Virus record (IMG/VR): IMGVR_UViG_3300020043_001076
Location: 1-33,147 of that record
Length of the DNA: 33,147 bases
Reading direction: 5' to 3' (one strand)
DNA from: a virus
Lineage: Duplodnaviria > Caudoviricetes
Part shown: positions 24,907-33,147 of the stretch, in pieces
Position numbering within the stretch: position 1 is the stretch's first letter
Layout: each line of letters starts with the position of its first letter
Notes under the pieces: model-generated
Database searches by the model: none
Seen by the model: the letters and a program-made list of their open reading frames with translations, nothing else
What the model was told of the DNA's origin: nothing
Made by a program: the position numbers and the translations under genes

Positions 24907-25259
24907 GGTGTTTCTTTCTGTTGGTTAAAAAAGGCAGTGATCTGCGCCTTGGCATCATCAGCACCTTTGCACACTTTAGCACAATAACCCACTTCCTCAA
25001 GGTACTTGATCCAATCCTTTTGCTCGGCGCTCACTACGCCACCCTGGATGCGCTTCATCTCGACCCACAGCTTCCACTCAGGGATGAACAGATCGGGCAC
25101 ACCAGCAGATACGCCCTCGACCTTCAGCTTGGCGGCTGCTGCAAGGCTGCGCTGGCCCCCGTTGGGGATGGCAAAGATGCGCACGCCCCTGTGCGTCTGG
25201 CGAAACCAGCGCACCACCTCGCGCTGCTCCTCGTGTTCGGTTGGGATGCGATCAGTCAA
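24903..25259 (-). CDS. VRR-NUC nuclease (putative Holliday junction resolvase)
   Basis: EHEEQ, FAIPNGGQR, GVPDL, WVEMK and SAEQKDW motifs. Confidence 0.9.
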   Translation of the reverse strand: MTDRIPTEHEEQREVVRWFRQTHRGVRIFAIPNGGQRSLAAAAKLKVEGVSAGVPDLFIPEWKLWVEMKRIQGGVVSAEQKDWIKYLEEVGYCAKVCKGADDAKAQITAFFNQQKETP

Positions 25260-25450
25260 AATCTAATTTCCTGTTCCCACTTGGGGCACTCGCCAACAGC
25301 CTCGGCAAACTCAGCAGGTGGCTTCATGAAGAATTCAACGCACAACCCGTCTGTGCCGTAATGCTCACAGGTGTGACAGCAGCGCGGTGGCCCGGCCTTG
25401 AGCCACTGTTTGTAAGTTGTCACCATCTCTGGCTCGGCGTGTCTGCTCAT
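25256..25450 (-). CDS. Small Cys-rich protein
   Basis: MSRHAEP start; CCHTCEHY...C...CPKW. Confidence 0.7.
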   Translation of the reverse strand: MSRHAEPEMVTTYKQWLKAGPPRCCHTCEHYGTDGLCVEFFMKPPAEFAEAVGECPKWEQEIRF

Positions 25451-25593
25451 TTCAGCCCCTTCTGCATTGCCTTCACCCAGCACTTAGCGCAGTGCCATTT
25501 AGAGCGCACCTCGATGCCTCCCTTGGGTTCCTTTTCGATTTTGCACAAATCACACAGACGCAACTTTTGCGCTTTTGCTACTTCATTAATCAT
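25447..25593 (-). CDS. 48-aa CxxC...CxxC zinc-finger protein (not in ORF track)
   Basis: MINEVAKAQKLRLCDLCKIEKEPKGGIEVRSKWHCAKCWVKAMQKGLK; AGGAG upstream. Confidence 0.7.
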   Translation of the reverse strand: MINEVAKAQKLRLCDLCKIEKEPKGGIEVRSKWHCAKCWVKAMQKGLK

Positions 25594-27178
25594 TCCACTT
25601 TCTCCTTGTTACCTTAAAAAATTTACCGTCTTTGCGAAACTCGATCATGCTTGGCGGTGTTGCGTTGTTCAGGTTTTGCGCCATGTCAAGCATGGTCGGC
25701 ACATTCAGGCCACCGGGCGCAATTTGGGCACGCTCCGCAATTGTGATCAGCTTTTGCACAGCAGACTGGCCTGCATACCCATCGTGCGTGATAGCCAAGT
25801 ATTCAGTCACAGCCGGGTCACTTAGCCCACCGTAGTACGTAACTGCTAGCATCTGCTTACCTGATGCTTTGCTGATGTGCTCACGCCATCTCCAACTCGT
25901 CACCTCCAGCTCTTGGCCCTCCAGCCCCATGATGTCGTCATTGCGCAGTTGCAGCTTCTTGGCCTCTCTCACAGGAAAAGGATGGCCGCAGGCTGGGCAG
26001 ACCGTTGCCGAAATGTGGACCAGCTCGTCGCAGTTCTCGCAGGCTTTGACTGGTGCCTCACCATTGCCGTCGCCACCCTTCTTTGGTGGCTGCACGTTGG
26101 TGATCGGGCCATGCGTCTCCACCACCCCAGCGAAGTCCAGCACCAAGCAGTGGTCGGTGTGGCTCTTGACCCTCATGCCTCGGCCAGCCATCTGGACGTA
26201 CAGGCTGGCGCTCATGGTGGGGCGCAGCATCACCACCAGATCAATGTCGGGGTAATCAAAGCCAGTGGTCAGCACATTGGCGTTGGTCAGCGCTTGCAGC
26301 TTTCCAGCTTTGAAGTCGGCAATGATTTCATCACGCTGCTTCTTTGGTGTGTCCCCGGTCACGCACGCAGCGGCCACCCCCTGCTGGCGCAGTGCCTCGG
26401 CAATGTGCTGGGCGTGTTGGACCCCAGCGCAAAAGAACAGCCAAGCCTTGCGCTCCCCGGCCAAGGCCATCACCTCTTGCACAACAGCATGGTTCTTGTC
26501 GTCCGTGTCCACCGCAGCTTGCAGCTCAGACTCAATAAACTCGCCTCCGCGCTTGTGAACGCCAGTCACATCCAGCTTGGCCTTGGTGACTTTGGAGCGC
26601 AGCGTTGACAGATAGCCTTTGAAGATCAGCTCCTCGATGCTGATCGGCTCAATCAGCGCGTCAAACAGCGCAGGCTTGTCGGTGATCAGGCCGTGCCCAA
26701 GCCTGTAAGGCGTGGCCGTCAGGCCCACCACCCTGATGGACGGGTTGATGGCTCCAAGCTCATCCAACAGGCTGCGGTAGCCGCCCTCGTCCTTGTGGTT
26801 GACTAGGTGGCACTCGTCGATTATCACCAGATCAATGTGGCCAAGCTCACGCGCTTTGGTGCGCACCGACTGGATGCCAGCAAAAGTGATCGGCTCGCCC
26901 AGATCACGCCGGCCAATGCTGGCGCTGTAAATGCCCATCGGAGCACCGGGCCAGTGCTGGCGCATCTTCTCAGCGTTCTGCTCAATCAGCTCTTTCACAT
27001 GGGTCAGCATCAGAACACGGGTCTCTGGCCAAGTCTGCAAGGCGTCCTTGCACAGCGCGGCCACAATGTGGCTCTTGCCTGAGCCAGTTGGCAGCACCAG
27101 GCAGGGGTTGCCCTTGCCGCCGGCCTCGAACCAGGCATACAGCTGGTCTATGGTGCGTTGTTGGTAGTCACGAAGCAT
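25586..27178 (-). CDS. Superfamily 2 DExH helicase (RadD/YejH-like) with zinc ribbon
   Basis: LRDYQ, PTGSGKS, DECH, TAT, LTTGFD and QMAGRGMR motifs; CENC...CPAC. Confidence 0.93.
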   Translation of the reverse strand: MLRDYQQRTIDQLYAWFEAGGKGNPCLVLPTGSGKSHIVAALCKDALQTWPETRVLMLTHVKELIEQNAEKMRQHWPGAPMGIYSASIGRRDLGEPITFAGIQSVRTKARELGHIDLVIIDECHLVNHKDEGGYRSLLDELGAINPSIRVVGLTATPYRLGHGLITDKPALFDALIEPISIEELIFKGYLSTLRSKVTKAKLDVTGVHKRGGEFIESELQAAVDTDDKNHAVVQEVMALAGERKAWLFFCAGVQHAQHIAEALRQQGVAAACVTGDTPKKQRDEIIADFKAGKLQALTNANVLTTGFDYPDIDLVVMLRPTMSASLYVQMAGRGMRVKSHTDHCLVLDFAGVVETHGPITNVQPPKKGGDGNGEAPVKACENCDELVHISATVCPACGHPFPVREAKKLQLRNDDIMGLEGQELEVTSWRWREHISKASGKQMLAVTYYGGLSDPAVTEYLAITHDGYAGQSAVQKLITIAERAQIAPGGLNVPTMLDMAQNLNNATPPSMIEFRKDGKFFKVTRRKWND

Positions 27179-28203
27179 CAACCCACCACCCTTCCACCCC
27201 AATCCCTGCGCATCTCCGCAATCAGCGGATCACCACTCACGCAAGCCTGGGCATTTGCCAGCAGCTCTTTGGAGCCGTAGACACCCTCTTGCTCGGGGTC
27301 GCCATTGGCTACGTTCACGCCATTGATCTCGTAGACAGCCGTGAACTCGTTTGGCCCGTCCTTGCGCTGCCAAGGCACCAGATCAGGGTGCAGGACATGG
27401 CTCTCGCAGCCTTGGTGCTGGGCATCCACCGGGATCACATCGTCCCACTTGGCGCAGTGCCATGTGCTGTCTGACAGTGGCGTTGCCATTGCGCAGGTGC
27501 GGCAGTTCACGTGCTTGGTGGTCTTGGACTGGTGGCAGAACTCTTGCGCATCACAGAACTTACACTGATACCAGCTTGGGTCCGAGCTGATCGGCTCGGG
27601 CATCCGGTCGCTCAGTGCAATGTAGTGGCCCCGGCGCACCGCTTTGTCGGCCACATCCTTGTCTAGCTTGATGCGCTCAGTGTGGATGCGGTCATCGTCC
27701 TTGCACACCGCCACATAAAGCGCACGGTCCAGACCAGTGCCAGCCATGTAGACCTGCATCTGCACAAAGTGCTCGGGCTTAGACTTCTCCACCCCGTCTT
27801 TCACCAGCGCATCAAAAGACTTTTTGCTGTGCGTCTTGAACTCGGCCACATGCTTGGTCTTGGGCGCTTCAGGCACGCCAGCATCAATGATCGCATCCAG
27901 TGACCCAGACACGTGGCTTCCAAAGTCAACACGGTGCTGGCTTGACACCTTGCGCACATCCAAACCAATGGAGCGCAAGTCGCTGATGATGGTGGCTTCT
28001 TCGTTCTGCCCCCGGCGAAACAGGCGCAGGATGCGGCCAGAAAACTCAGGCTGCACAGCCCAGCGAAACGACAACCACAACCACCTGTCACATACGTGAC
28101 CCAAGGAACTGGCCCCCAGGTGTGGCCGTGGCTTTTCTTTTTTTCCTTCGTGGTGCTTGTCAATCAGGGCTTGGATGCTATGATCACTCTCAGGTATTTT
28201 CAT
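27178..28203 (-). CDS. PD-(D/E)XK exonuclease (Cas4/RecB-like) with Cys-rich C-terminus
   Basis: LGASSLGHVCDR, GSLD, AEFKT and QMQVYM motifs; CKFC...C, then CRTC...C...C. Confidence 0.85.
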   Translation of the reverse strand: MKIPESDHSIQALIDKHHEGKKEKPRPHLGASSLGHVCDRWLWLSFRWAVQPEFSGRILRLFRRGQNEEATIISDLRSIGLDVRKVSSQHRVDFGSHVSGSLDAIIDAGVPEAPKTKHVAEFKTHSKKSFDALVKDGVEKSKPEHFVQMQVYMAGTGLDRALYVAVCKDDDRIHTERIKLDKDVADKAVRRGHYIALSDRMPEPISSDPSWYQCKFCDAQEFCHQSKTTKHVNCRTCAMATPLSDSTWHCAKWDDVIPVDAQHQGCESHVLHPDLVPWQRKDGPNEFTAVYEINGVNVANGDPEQEGVYGSKELLANAQACVSGDPLIAEMRRDWGGRVVG

Positions 28204-28228
28204 GTTGCTTTCCTTGTGGGTTGAGATT

Positions 28229-28262
28229 TGCCCCGACCTTAACCAGTCGGGGCATTTTTTTT
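28229..28262 (+). terminator. Intrinsic terminator oriented antisense to the surrounding genes
   Basis: TGCCCCGAC-CTTAACCA-GTCGGGGCA followed by T8 on the + strand. Confidence 0.65.
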
Positions 28263-28264
28263 GA

Positions 28265-28340
28265 TGGGCCTACTCGCTGCGTCTGGGTGGCACGGTGCCC
28301 GTGTGCTTCGCACGCCACGCCAGCATCCGCTTTCGGCCCA
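28265..28340 (-). ncRNA. Candidate structured ncRNA/ssDNA element
   Basis: Closing stem TGGGCC/GGCCCA, GAAA/GAGTA internal loop, CTGG-GTGGC/GCCAC-CCAG stem, two triloop hairpins. Confidence 0.5.
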
Positions 28341-28344
28341 AAAA

Positions 28345-28833
28345 TCACTTCTTAGCCCACGGTGGCGCAGCCTTGCCAGAGGCAGCAGGAGCACTTGCAG
28401 CAGGCATGGCCGCAGCAGGAGCTGCGCTACCTGACAAGGACTTAAAGCCCTTGACCTCGTTGCTGGCACCATACTGAGCGTCTTGCTTTACCTCCAGCTT
28501 GATGCCGATCTGCCCCCCAATCAACTGGTCGGTGTCCGTAACCTTCGCCAAGCCAATCGCACGCATGATCTCACTCAACTGCTGGCGACCAATCTCCTCG
28601 GCCTTGGGGTTGGCGTTCTTGATGTTCAGGTTGCCAAACACCACCCGGCCTTGGTGTGTTGGGCCAGTAATGTCGTACCGCAGCTTGATGTACTGGCCGT
28701 TGCCAGCCTTGGTGTCCTTGAGTTCGGCTTGATTGATGGTGGCGGTGTACCAGCCAGCAGGCAGCGGCTCAAAGTTGCCAGTGTTGCCAACAGGCAACTC
28801 GTTGATGTCAAAAGACTCGGAAAGAAAAGCCAT
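28345..28833 (-). CDS. DUF669 protein (putative phage ssDNA-binding protein)
   Basis: FEPLPAGWY...AELKDTKAGNGQYIKLRYDI...NEVKGF; flexible tail ending APPWAKK. Confidence 0.88.
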   Translation of the reverse strand: MAFLSESFDINELPVGNTGNFEPLPAGWYTATINQAELKDTKAGNGQYIKLRYDITGPTHQGRVVFGNLNIKNANPKAEEIGRQQLSEIMRAIGLAKVTDTDQLIGGQIGIKLEVKQDAQYGASNEVKGFKSLSGSAAPAAAMPAASAPAASGKAAPPWAKK

Positions 28834-28836
28834 GAT

Positions 28837-29241
28837 TTACTCCTTGGGGTTGATTTTGAAAGATGGTCGGCCAGGCTTGGCCGTAATTGCACCGGCCAAA
28901 GGCCCAGTGATGGATTCGTCGGCTGCTTTCCAGACCGACATGTTGATTTCCGGCTTCCACCGGAACAGTGTTGAGAGGTGATCGGTCAGTCCAGCCTCAG
29001 TGGCAAGCATTTGCAGCTTCTCGGAATCGACCTTTCGTTCGATGCGGCCTTCGACTTTAATCTCGAAATCTGTTGCACCAACGGTTTCGGTTTTGTCAAG
29101 TTGGTCGGAGATACGCGCCAGCTTTTTGATGTGGTCTTCAATAATTCTTCTATCTTCTGTTGCATCTTTTTCTTCTTGCTTGGCTCTAAGCCACATCTGG
29201 GCCAGCTCGTTCATGTCGGTGGGCAGTGTCTCGTAGGTCAT
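28837..29241 (-). CDS. Hypothetical protein of the recombination module
   Basis: WLRAKQEE...LFRWKPEIN...KPGRPSFKI; lies between the ATPase and DUF669 genes. Confidence 0.75.
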   Translation of the reverse strand: MTYETLPTDMNELAQMWLRAKQEEKDATEDRRIIEDHIKKLARISDQLDKTETVGATDFEIKVEGRIERKVDSEKLQMLATEAGLTDHLSTLFRWKPEINMSVWKAADESITGPLAGAITAKPGRPSFKINPKE

Positions 29242-29429
29242 AATTGCCTCGCTTCCAGCATGGCGTCAGCAACTTCGTAAGCCATCCTGATGTTTTGATC
29301 GCTGAATTCGCCATTTTCCAAAAGTACAGGGTTTGAAACCATCCCCTGCATAGCCGCCGAAGCAAAGTAATCGCGCAGGGTCAACACCTCACCACAGGGA
29401 GATGCGCCATCGTCTTTCATTTCAATCAT
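29238..29429 (-). CDS. Small phage protein (TLRDYFA..AMQG family)
   Basis: GGAG RBS, ATG overlapping the upstream stop; LTLRDYFASAAMQG...AYEVADAMLEAR. Confidence 0.75.
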   Translation of the reverse strand: MIEMKDDGASPCGEVLTLRDYFASAAMQGMVSNPVLLENGEFSDQNIRMAYEVADAMLEARQL

Positions 29430-30103
29430 GCTCGTGCTCCAATCTTGGTAATGATTGCGCCAAGGTCTGGCGCTTCCCAGCTCTCCAACTTGCCCGAGCG
29501 ATCCTTCGCCAGCCACAGGCCGTCCGAATCGCACATGAGCGCACGCTGGGTCACGCCCTCGGCATCGCGCTCCACTCGCAGCGCCAGCACCTCGTCAAAG
29601 AAGTACGGCAGACCCTGCGTCAAGCTCTTGCCCGGCATCCCAGGGTTGTAAAGCATCTTGCCCATCTCGTCAGTGGACTTCTCCAACTTGGCGCTCATGT
29701 AGACATGCTTGCCCGGCAGGTCACGGAACGCACGGATCAGCTCCTGCATGGTGGTGTTCATCTCACCATAAGCCGCCCGGCCATCCTTGGACTTCTTCAT
29801 CTCATGGGCCAGTACCACCTCGGCCACCTCGCTGATGGAATCCAACGCCACCGACTCAAAGCCCGTGGCCTCCTTGCTGTCTCGGCACCAAGTAAACGCC
29901 TCGCGTAAGTCGTCCATCGAAGCAATCTCAATGTAAGGCAGGTCAGCGTCCTGAATAGACAACAAACCACCCTCTGCACTGAGCACGATCACATTGGGCA
30001 GCGTCTTGACCAAGGTGGTCTTGCCAGCCCCCGCTTGCCCGTAAACAAGCAACTTCACCCCATTGGCAGATAAACTGCCGGTTGATTTCAAATTGATAGC
30101 CAT
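29426..30103 (-). CDS. AAA_24 / Sak4-like ATPase (single-strand annealing recombinase)
   Basis: AAGGAG RBS before MAINLK; YGQAGAGKTT, ALDSISE and LAKDRSG motifs. Confidence 0.88.
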   Translation of the reverse strand: MAINLKSTGSLSANGVKLLVYGQAGAGKTTLVKTLPNVIVLSAEGGLLSIQDADLPYIEIASMDDLREAFTWCRDSKEATGFESVALDSISEVAEVVLAHEMKKSKDGRAAYGEMNTTMQELIRAFRDLPGKHVYMSAKLEKSTDEMGKMLYNPGMPGKSLTQGLPYFFDEVLALRVERDAEGVTQRALMCDSDGLWLAKDRSGKLESWEAPDLGAIITKIGARA

Positions 30104-30149
30104 CTGGCTCTCCTTTTTTTCACCACTGTCAGGAAATCTGTTTGTGGTG

Positions 30150-30190
30150 TGCCTAGACTTTACCACAATTAAAAGTTATCATGTCAACAT
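30150..30190. promoter_or_regulatory. Overlapping divergent promoters
   Basis: Rightward TAGACT-17-TATCAT (30154-30182). Leftward TTGACA-19-TAAAGT with a TGn extended -10 (30187-30157). Confidence 0.6.
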
Positions 30191-30214
30191 ATTTTTTCAA
30201 CAAAGGCGGAAAAC

Positions 30215-30397
30215 ATGAAAACGCAGGAAGCAATTGACCATTTTGGAGGTCTTCGCAAGTTGGCCGAAGCCTTGGATGTTTGGCCGCAGGTCATCTATCA
30301 ATGGGGTGAAACTCCTCCAATGGGCAGGCAGTACGAGCTGGAGGTTAAGACTGGTGGCAAACTTAAGGCGGACACGCAGGCGGTGACTCATGGCTGA
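30215..30397 (+). CDS. Cro-like HTH regulator
   Basis: MKTQEAIDHFGG...LAEALDVWPQVIYQWGE.PP..RQYELEVKTGGKLKA; N15/P22 Cro-like. Confidence 0.88.
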   Translation: MKTQEAIDHFGGLRKLAEALDVWPQVIYQWGETPPMGRQYELEVKTGGKLKADTQAVTHG

Positions 30398-32438
30398 TTT
30401 ATCTAAAGTTTTAGGTGGTCCTTGGTCACCATCCCCAGAGAAACTGGTCTCGCCCCCAGAGGTGCAGCTCATTGACGCCATTCGTGCAGCGGGACTTGAG
30501 CCGCCAGATCATATTGAGATGGATGGCAAGATTCACCGTTTTAAATCGGGCACCAAAGGTACGCCGGGCATTGATAAGCCAGGCTGGTATTTGGTATTTG
30601 GTGATGGCATCCCAGCCGGGCGTTTTGGTTGCTGGAGATCAGGCATTGAGGTGACTTGGCGTGCAGACGTTGGCCGAAAACTCTCAGAGTTTGAGGAAAT
30701 GGCTCATGCAAGACGCATAAATGAGTCCAAGGTTTTGCGCGAAGCTGCTCAAGAACGCCAGCATCAAGTCGCCAGTGAGACAGTGGAAAAGATCTGGCTT
30801 AGTGGAAGTGCAGCGCACCCCGACCACCCTTACCTCAAGCGCAAGGGCATCCAGACTCACGGCGTGCGCATTACAGGTGATGGCCGTCTGATGGTGCCTT
30901 TGTACGATCAAAATGGAACTCTCAGCACCCTGCAATACATTGATGAAGATGGTGGGAAGCTGTACCACCCCGGTGGCAAGTCTGGTGGCAAGTTTTGGAT
31001 GATAGGCTCACTGGATGAGCCTGGACCACTGTATATCGCAGAAGGCTTTGCTACCGCAGCCACCATTTATGAGACCACTAGCCGACCATGCGTTGTGGCT
31101 TACAGCGCCAGCAGTCTGGTGCCAGTTACAGCCAGTTTGCGTGAAATGTATGGCGCAACGCAGGACATCGTTATCGTGGCAGACCATGACAAACACGGTG
31201 TTGGGCAACGCTATGCAGACCAAGCCAGTGCCAAATATGGAGCTAGAGTGGTGATGCCACCTATTGAGGGAATGGATGCCAATGACTATGCCCAGGCTGG
31301 ACACAACCTGTCAGCTCTTTTGGTTCAACAAACCGGCACAGCGGTGGTGGATAAGCTCAAAGTGGTGTTTGGCGACCAACTTGGCGGTGATTACGAGGCA
31401 CCAGACGAACTTGTTGAAGGTCTTATGACCATTGGCAGCGCTGTGGTGGTGTATGGCGACAGCAACTCAGGCAAGACTTTCTGGGCACTTTCAGTGGCCA
31501 CCGCCATTGCCACAGGCGCAGACTGCTACGGACGCAAGACCGATCCCGGTTTGGTGGTGTATTTGGCAAGCGAGGCACCATCGAGCATCCGATCCCGTAT
31601 GCAGGCCATCAAAAAGTACCACAACTGCAACTTGGAGAACTTGATGATGGTGCCGGTTCCCATGAATTTCTACTCTGGCGACCAAGATGCCCACGACGTG
31701 ATCGAGCTGGTGCGGGCAGTTGAGCAGATCAAAGGCCAGCCTGTGCGCCTGATCATTGGAGACACCCTCGCCAGAATGAGCGCCGGAGCCAATGAGAACA
31801 GCGGCGAGGATATGGGCCCAGTGATGGCAAGATTCGACCAAGTGGCAACAGCCACCAAAGCTGCCCTGATGATCATTCACCACAACGGCAAGGACGCAGC
31901 CAAGGGTGCCAGAGGCTGGTCAGGTATCCGCGCCCACATCGACACCGAGATTGAGGTGGTCGAGAAAGACGGCATCAGGTCGGCCACCGTCACCAAGCAG
32001 CGCGAACTCCCAAGCAAAGGCGACACCATTTACTTCAAGTTGGACGTTGTGCAAATGGGCACAACCAAGTTCGGAAGCCCAGCCACCACCTGCGTTGCCA
32101 TCCCAGACGCCGAGTCAAACACCAACAAACCCCATAAGAAACCCACCAAACATGATGAGAATATGCGCACCATTGAGCGTGCTTGGTGGGCATCAGGCGC
32201 AGAAGACCGGGATGGATTGCCATATTTGAGCCGGTCAGCACTGCGTGATTTGCTGGTCAAGGACGGCATGTCAGAGCGCACCGCCAAGAACAAAACCGAA
32301 GCCTCCAGGCCAGATGGCATCATTTGCCCCATGCTCAATGCAGGGTCTTTGGAGCCAACAGAGCACGGCTGGGTGTTCACAAATGAGGCCCAAGCCAGCG
32401 CAATGTTGATGCAAAGAAGCGCCCCTAAACGCCCCTGA
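30390..32438 (+). CDS. Primase-helicase (Toprim plus AAA_25/RepA-like helicase)
   Basis: HPYLKRKGI, IAEGFATA, VADHD and DAND in the primase part; YGDSNSGKT, IIGDTLAR and IIHH.GKD...ARG.S in the helicase part. Confidence 0.92.
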   Translation: MADLSKVLGGPWSPSPEKLVSPPEVQLIDAIRAAGLEPPDHIEMDGKIHRFKSGTKGTPGIDKPGWYLVFGDGIPAGRFGCWRSGIEVTWRADVGRKLSEFEEMAHARRINESKVLREAAQERQHQVASETVEKIWLSGSAAHPDHPYLKRKGIQTHGVRITGDGRLMVPLYDQNGTLSTLQYIDEDGGKLYHPGGKSGGKFWMIGSLDEPGPLYIAEGFATAATIYETTSRPCVVAYSASSLVPVTASLREMYGATQDIVIVADHDKHGVGQRYADQASAKYGARVVMPPIEGMDANDYAQAGHNLSALLVQQTGTAVVDKLKVVFGDQLGGDYEAPDELVEGLMTIGSAVVVYGDSNSGKTFWALSVATAIATGADCYGRKTDPGLVVYLASEAPSSIRSRMQAIKKYHNCNLENLMMVPVPMNFYSGDQDAHDVIELVRAVEQIKGQPVRLIIGDTLARMSAGANENSGEDMGPVMARFDQVATATKAALMIIHHNGKDAAKGARGWSGIRAHIDTEIEVVEKDGIRSATVTKQRELPSKGDTIYFKLDVVQMGTTKFGSPATTCVAIPDAESNTNKPHKKPTKHDENMRTIERAWWASGAEDRDGLPYLSRSALRDLLVKDGMSERTAKNKTEASRPDGIICPMLNAGSLEPTEHGWVFTNEAQASAMLMQRSAPKRP

Positions 32439-32530
32439 ATGCCCCTAGGGGTTTTTAGGGATTAGGGGCAAAAGCCCGTTAAATCGCCCCTCCCCGCCCC
32501 TAAAACGTATACGTTAGGGGCGGTAGGGGC
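32421..32530. repeat. GCCCCT iteron/palindrome array, putative replication origin
   Basis: GCCCCT at 32421, 32431, 32441, 32486 and 32496; inverted AGGGGC at 32464, 32516 and 32525; perfect palindrome AACGTATACGTT at 32504-32515. Confidence 0.7.
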
Positions 32531-32585
32531 AACGGGATGCGGAATGTTTGGGATGTTTAACCACGTTTGAAAGATGGTGATCGAG

Positions 32586-32822
32586 ATGGGCGTTTATGGA
32601 TTGGGCAGACCAGCAGACCCAAGCGTCAAATACTTCCAGCGCAAGATCGGAGCAGCAGAGAGGGAAATACTGCTGGCTGCTGGTGATGGCGATATGTCGG
32701 CTGGCTTCCTTGAGATCATCGACACCTACCGACTTTTCTACAACTTGGGACTCAGGCCCAATACGCCTCGAGATGGGCTTGTGCTTGTCATCCCACAGGC
32801 TCCAGTTGATGAAGCCTTGTAG
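32586..32822 (+). CDS. Hypothetical protein (start 32574 or 32586)
   Basis: GRPADPSVKYFQRKI...ILLAAGDGDMSAGF; plausible small DNA-binding protein. Confidence 0.6.
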   Translation: MGVYGLGRPADPSVKYFQRKIGAAEREILLAAGDGDMSAGFLEIIDTYRLFYNLGLRPNTPRDGLVLVIPQAPVDEAL

Positions 32823-33008
32823 GGCCGTTTAAAGCCCTTGGCGAGGCATTGACTGGTGCTTGGGTTAGGTGTTCTTTAAAAAGTATTTATTGTCAAAGGC
32901 TATCGGATTGGAATGGTGATTGGGATTGGCTATCAGGGTGCAAGTACCCCGGAAATGGACCCGCCGCCTCTTTCCCTTTTTTTCTGCCCGGTTTTTCCGC
33001 GACTGATC

Positions 33009-33044
33009 AGTTATCCACAGCCCAAACCTCAAAGTTGTCCACAG
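33009..33044 (+). promoter_or_regulatory. Two DnaA-box-like direct repeats
   Basis: AGTTATCCACAG at 33009 contains the perfect TTATCCACA consensus; AGTTGTCCACAG at 33033 has one mismatch. Confidence 0.55.
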
Positions 33045-33147
33045 ATTGCAGTGTGCAACCGTGTCGTGCTGCATTTGGTATTCTTTTTCTTGTGATGGGT
33101 CTCCGTTTCTTCCGGCTCCGTTGGTTTTGTGCAATCCGGTGGGGGTG

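Noticed and set aside
28265-28340. tRNA or hammerhead ribozyme
   Set aside because: No T-loop GTTCRA or anticodon arm geometry, and no CUGANGA core.
30104-30397. Lambda-like CI/Cro lysogeny switch
   Set aside because: The gene divergent from the Cro-like ORF is an ATPase. No CI, integrase or partition gene is in the window, although the missing genome segment cannot be assessed.
32865-33134. 89-aa and 60-aa ORFs at the right end
   Set aside because: Low-complexity, homopolymer-rich sequence with no clear RBS or motif; more likely regulatory.

Overview
The window is a near-complete genome of a tailed dsDNA phage with podovirus-like (P22/T7-type) virion genes; the host is probably a Gram-negative proteobacterium (inference). 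The + strand late arm (1-22261) runs: 5'-truncated DNA methyltransferase, TerS-like protein, TerL, portal, collagen and CBM-repeat fibre proteins, a membrane-protein cluster, scaffold, major capsid, decoration protein, four Lys-rich microproteins, adaptor/nozzle, tail fibre, ejection proteins, holin and GH108 endolysin. The - strand early/middle arm (22248-30103) has small accessory ORFs, an Arc-like RHH protein, VRR-NUC, an SF2 helicase, a PD-(D/E)XK nuclease, DUF669 and a Sak4-like ATPase. A divergent Cro-like gene and primase-helicase follow, ending in a GCCCCT iteron/palindrome array. No integrase, CI repressor, DNA polymerase, tRNA or CRISPR was seen. The most striking feature is an antisense HNH endonuclease cassette inserted into the 5' end of the holin gene: it appears to orphan the original N-terminus (MFPLAALMDVGGKL) and supply a recoded replacement N-terminus that also carries the HNH gene's putative RBS and promoter. 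All family calls come from motif recognition by eye, not from database searches.
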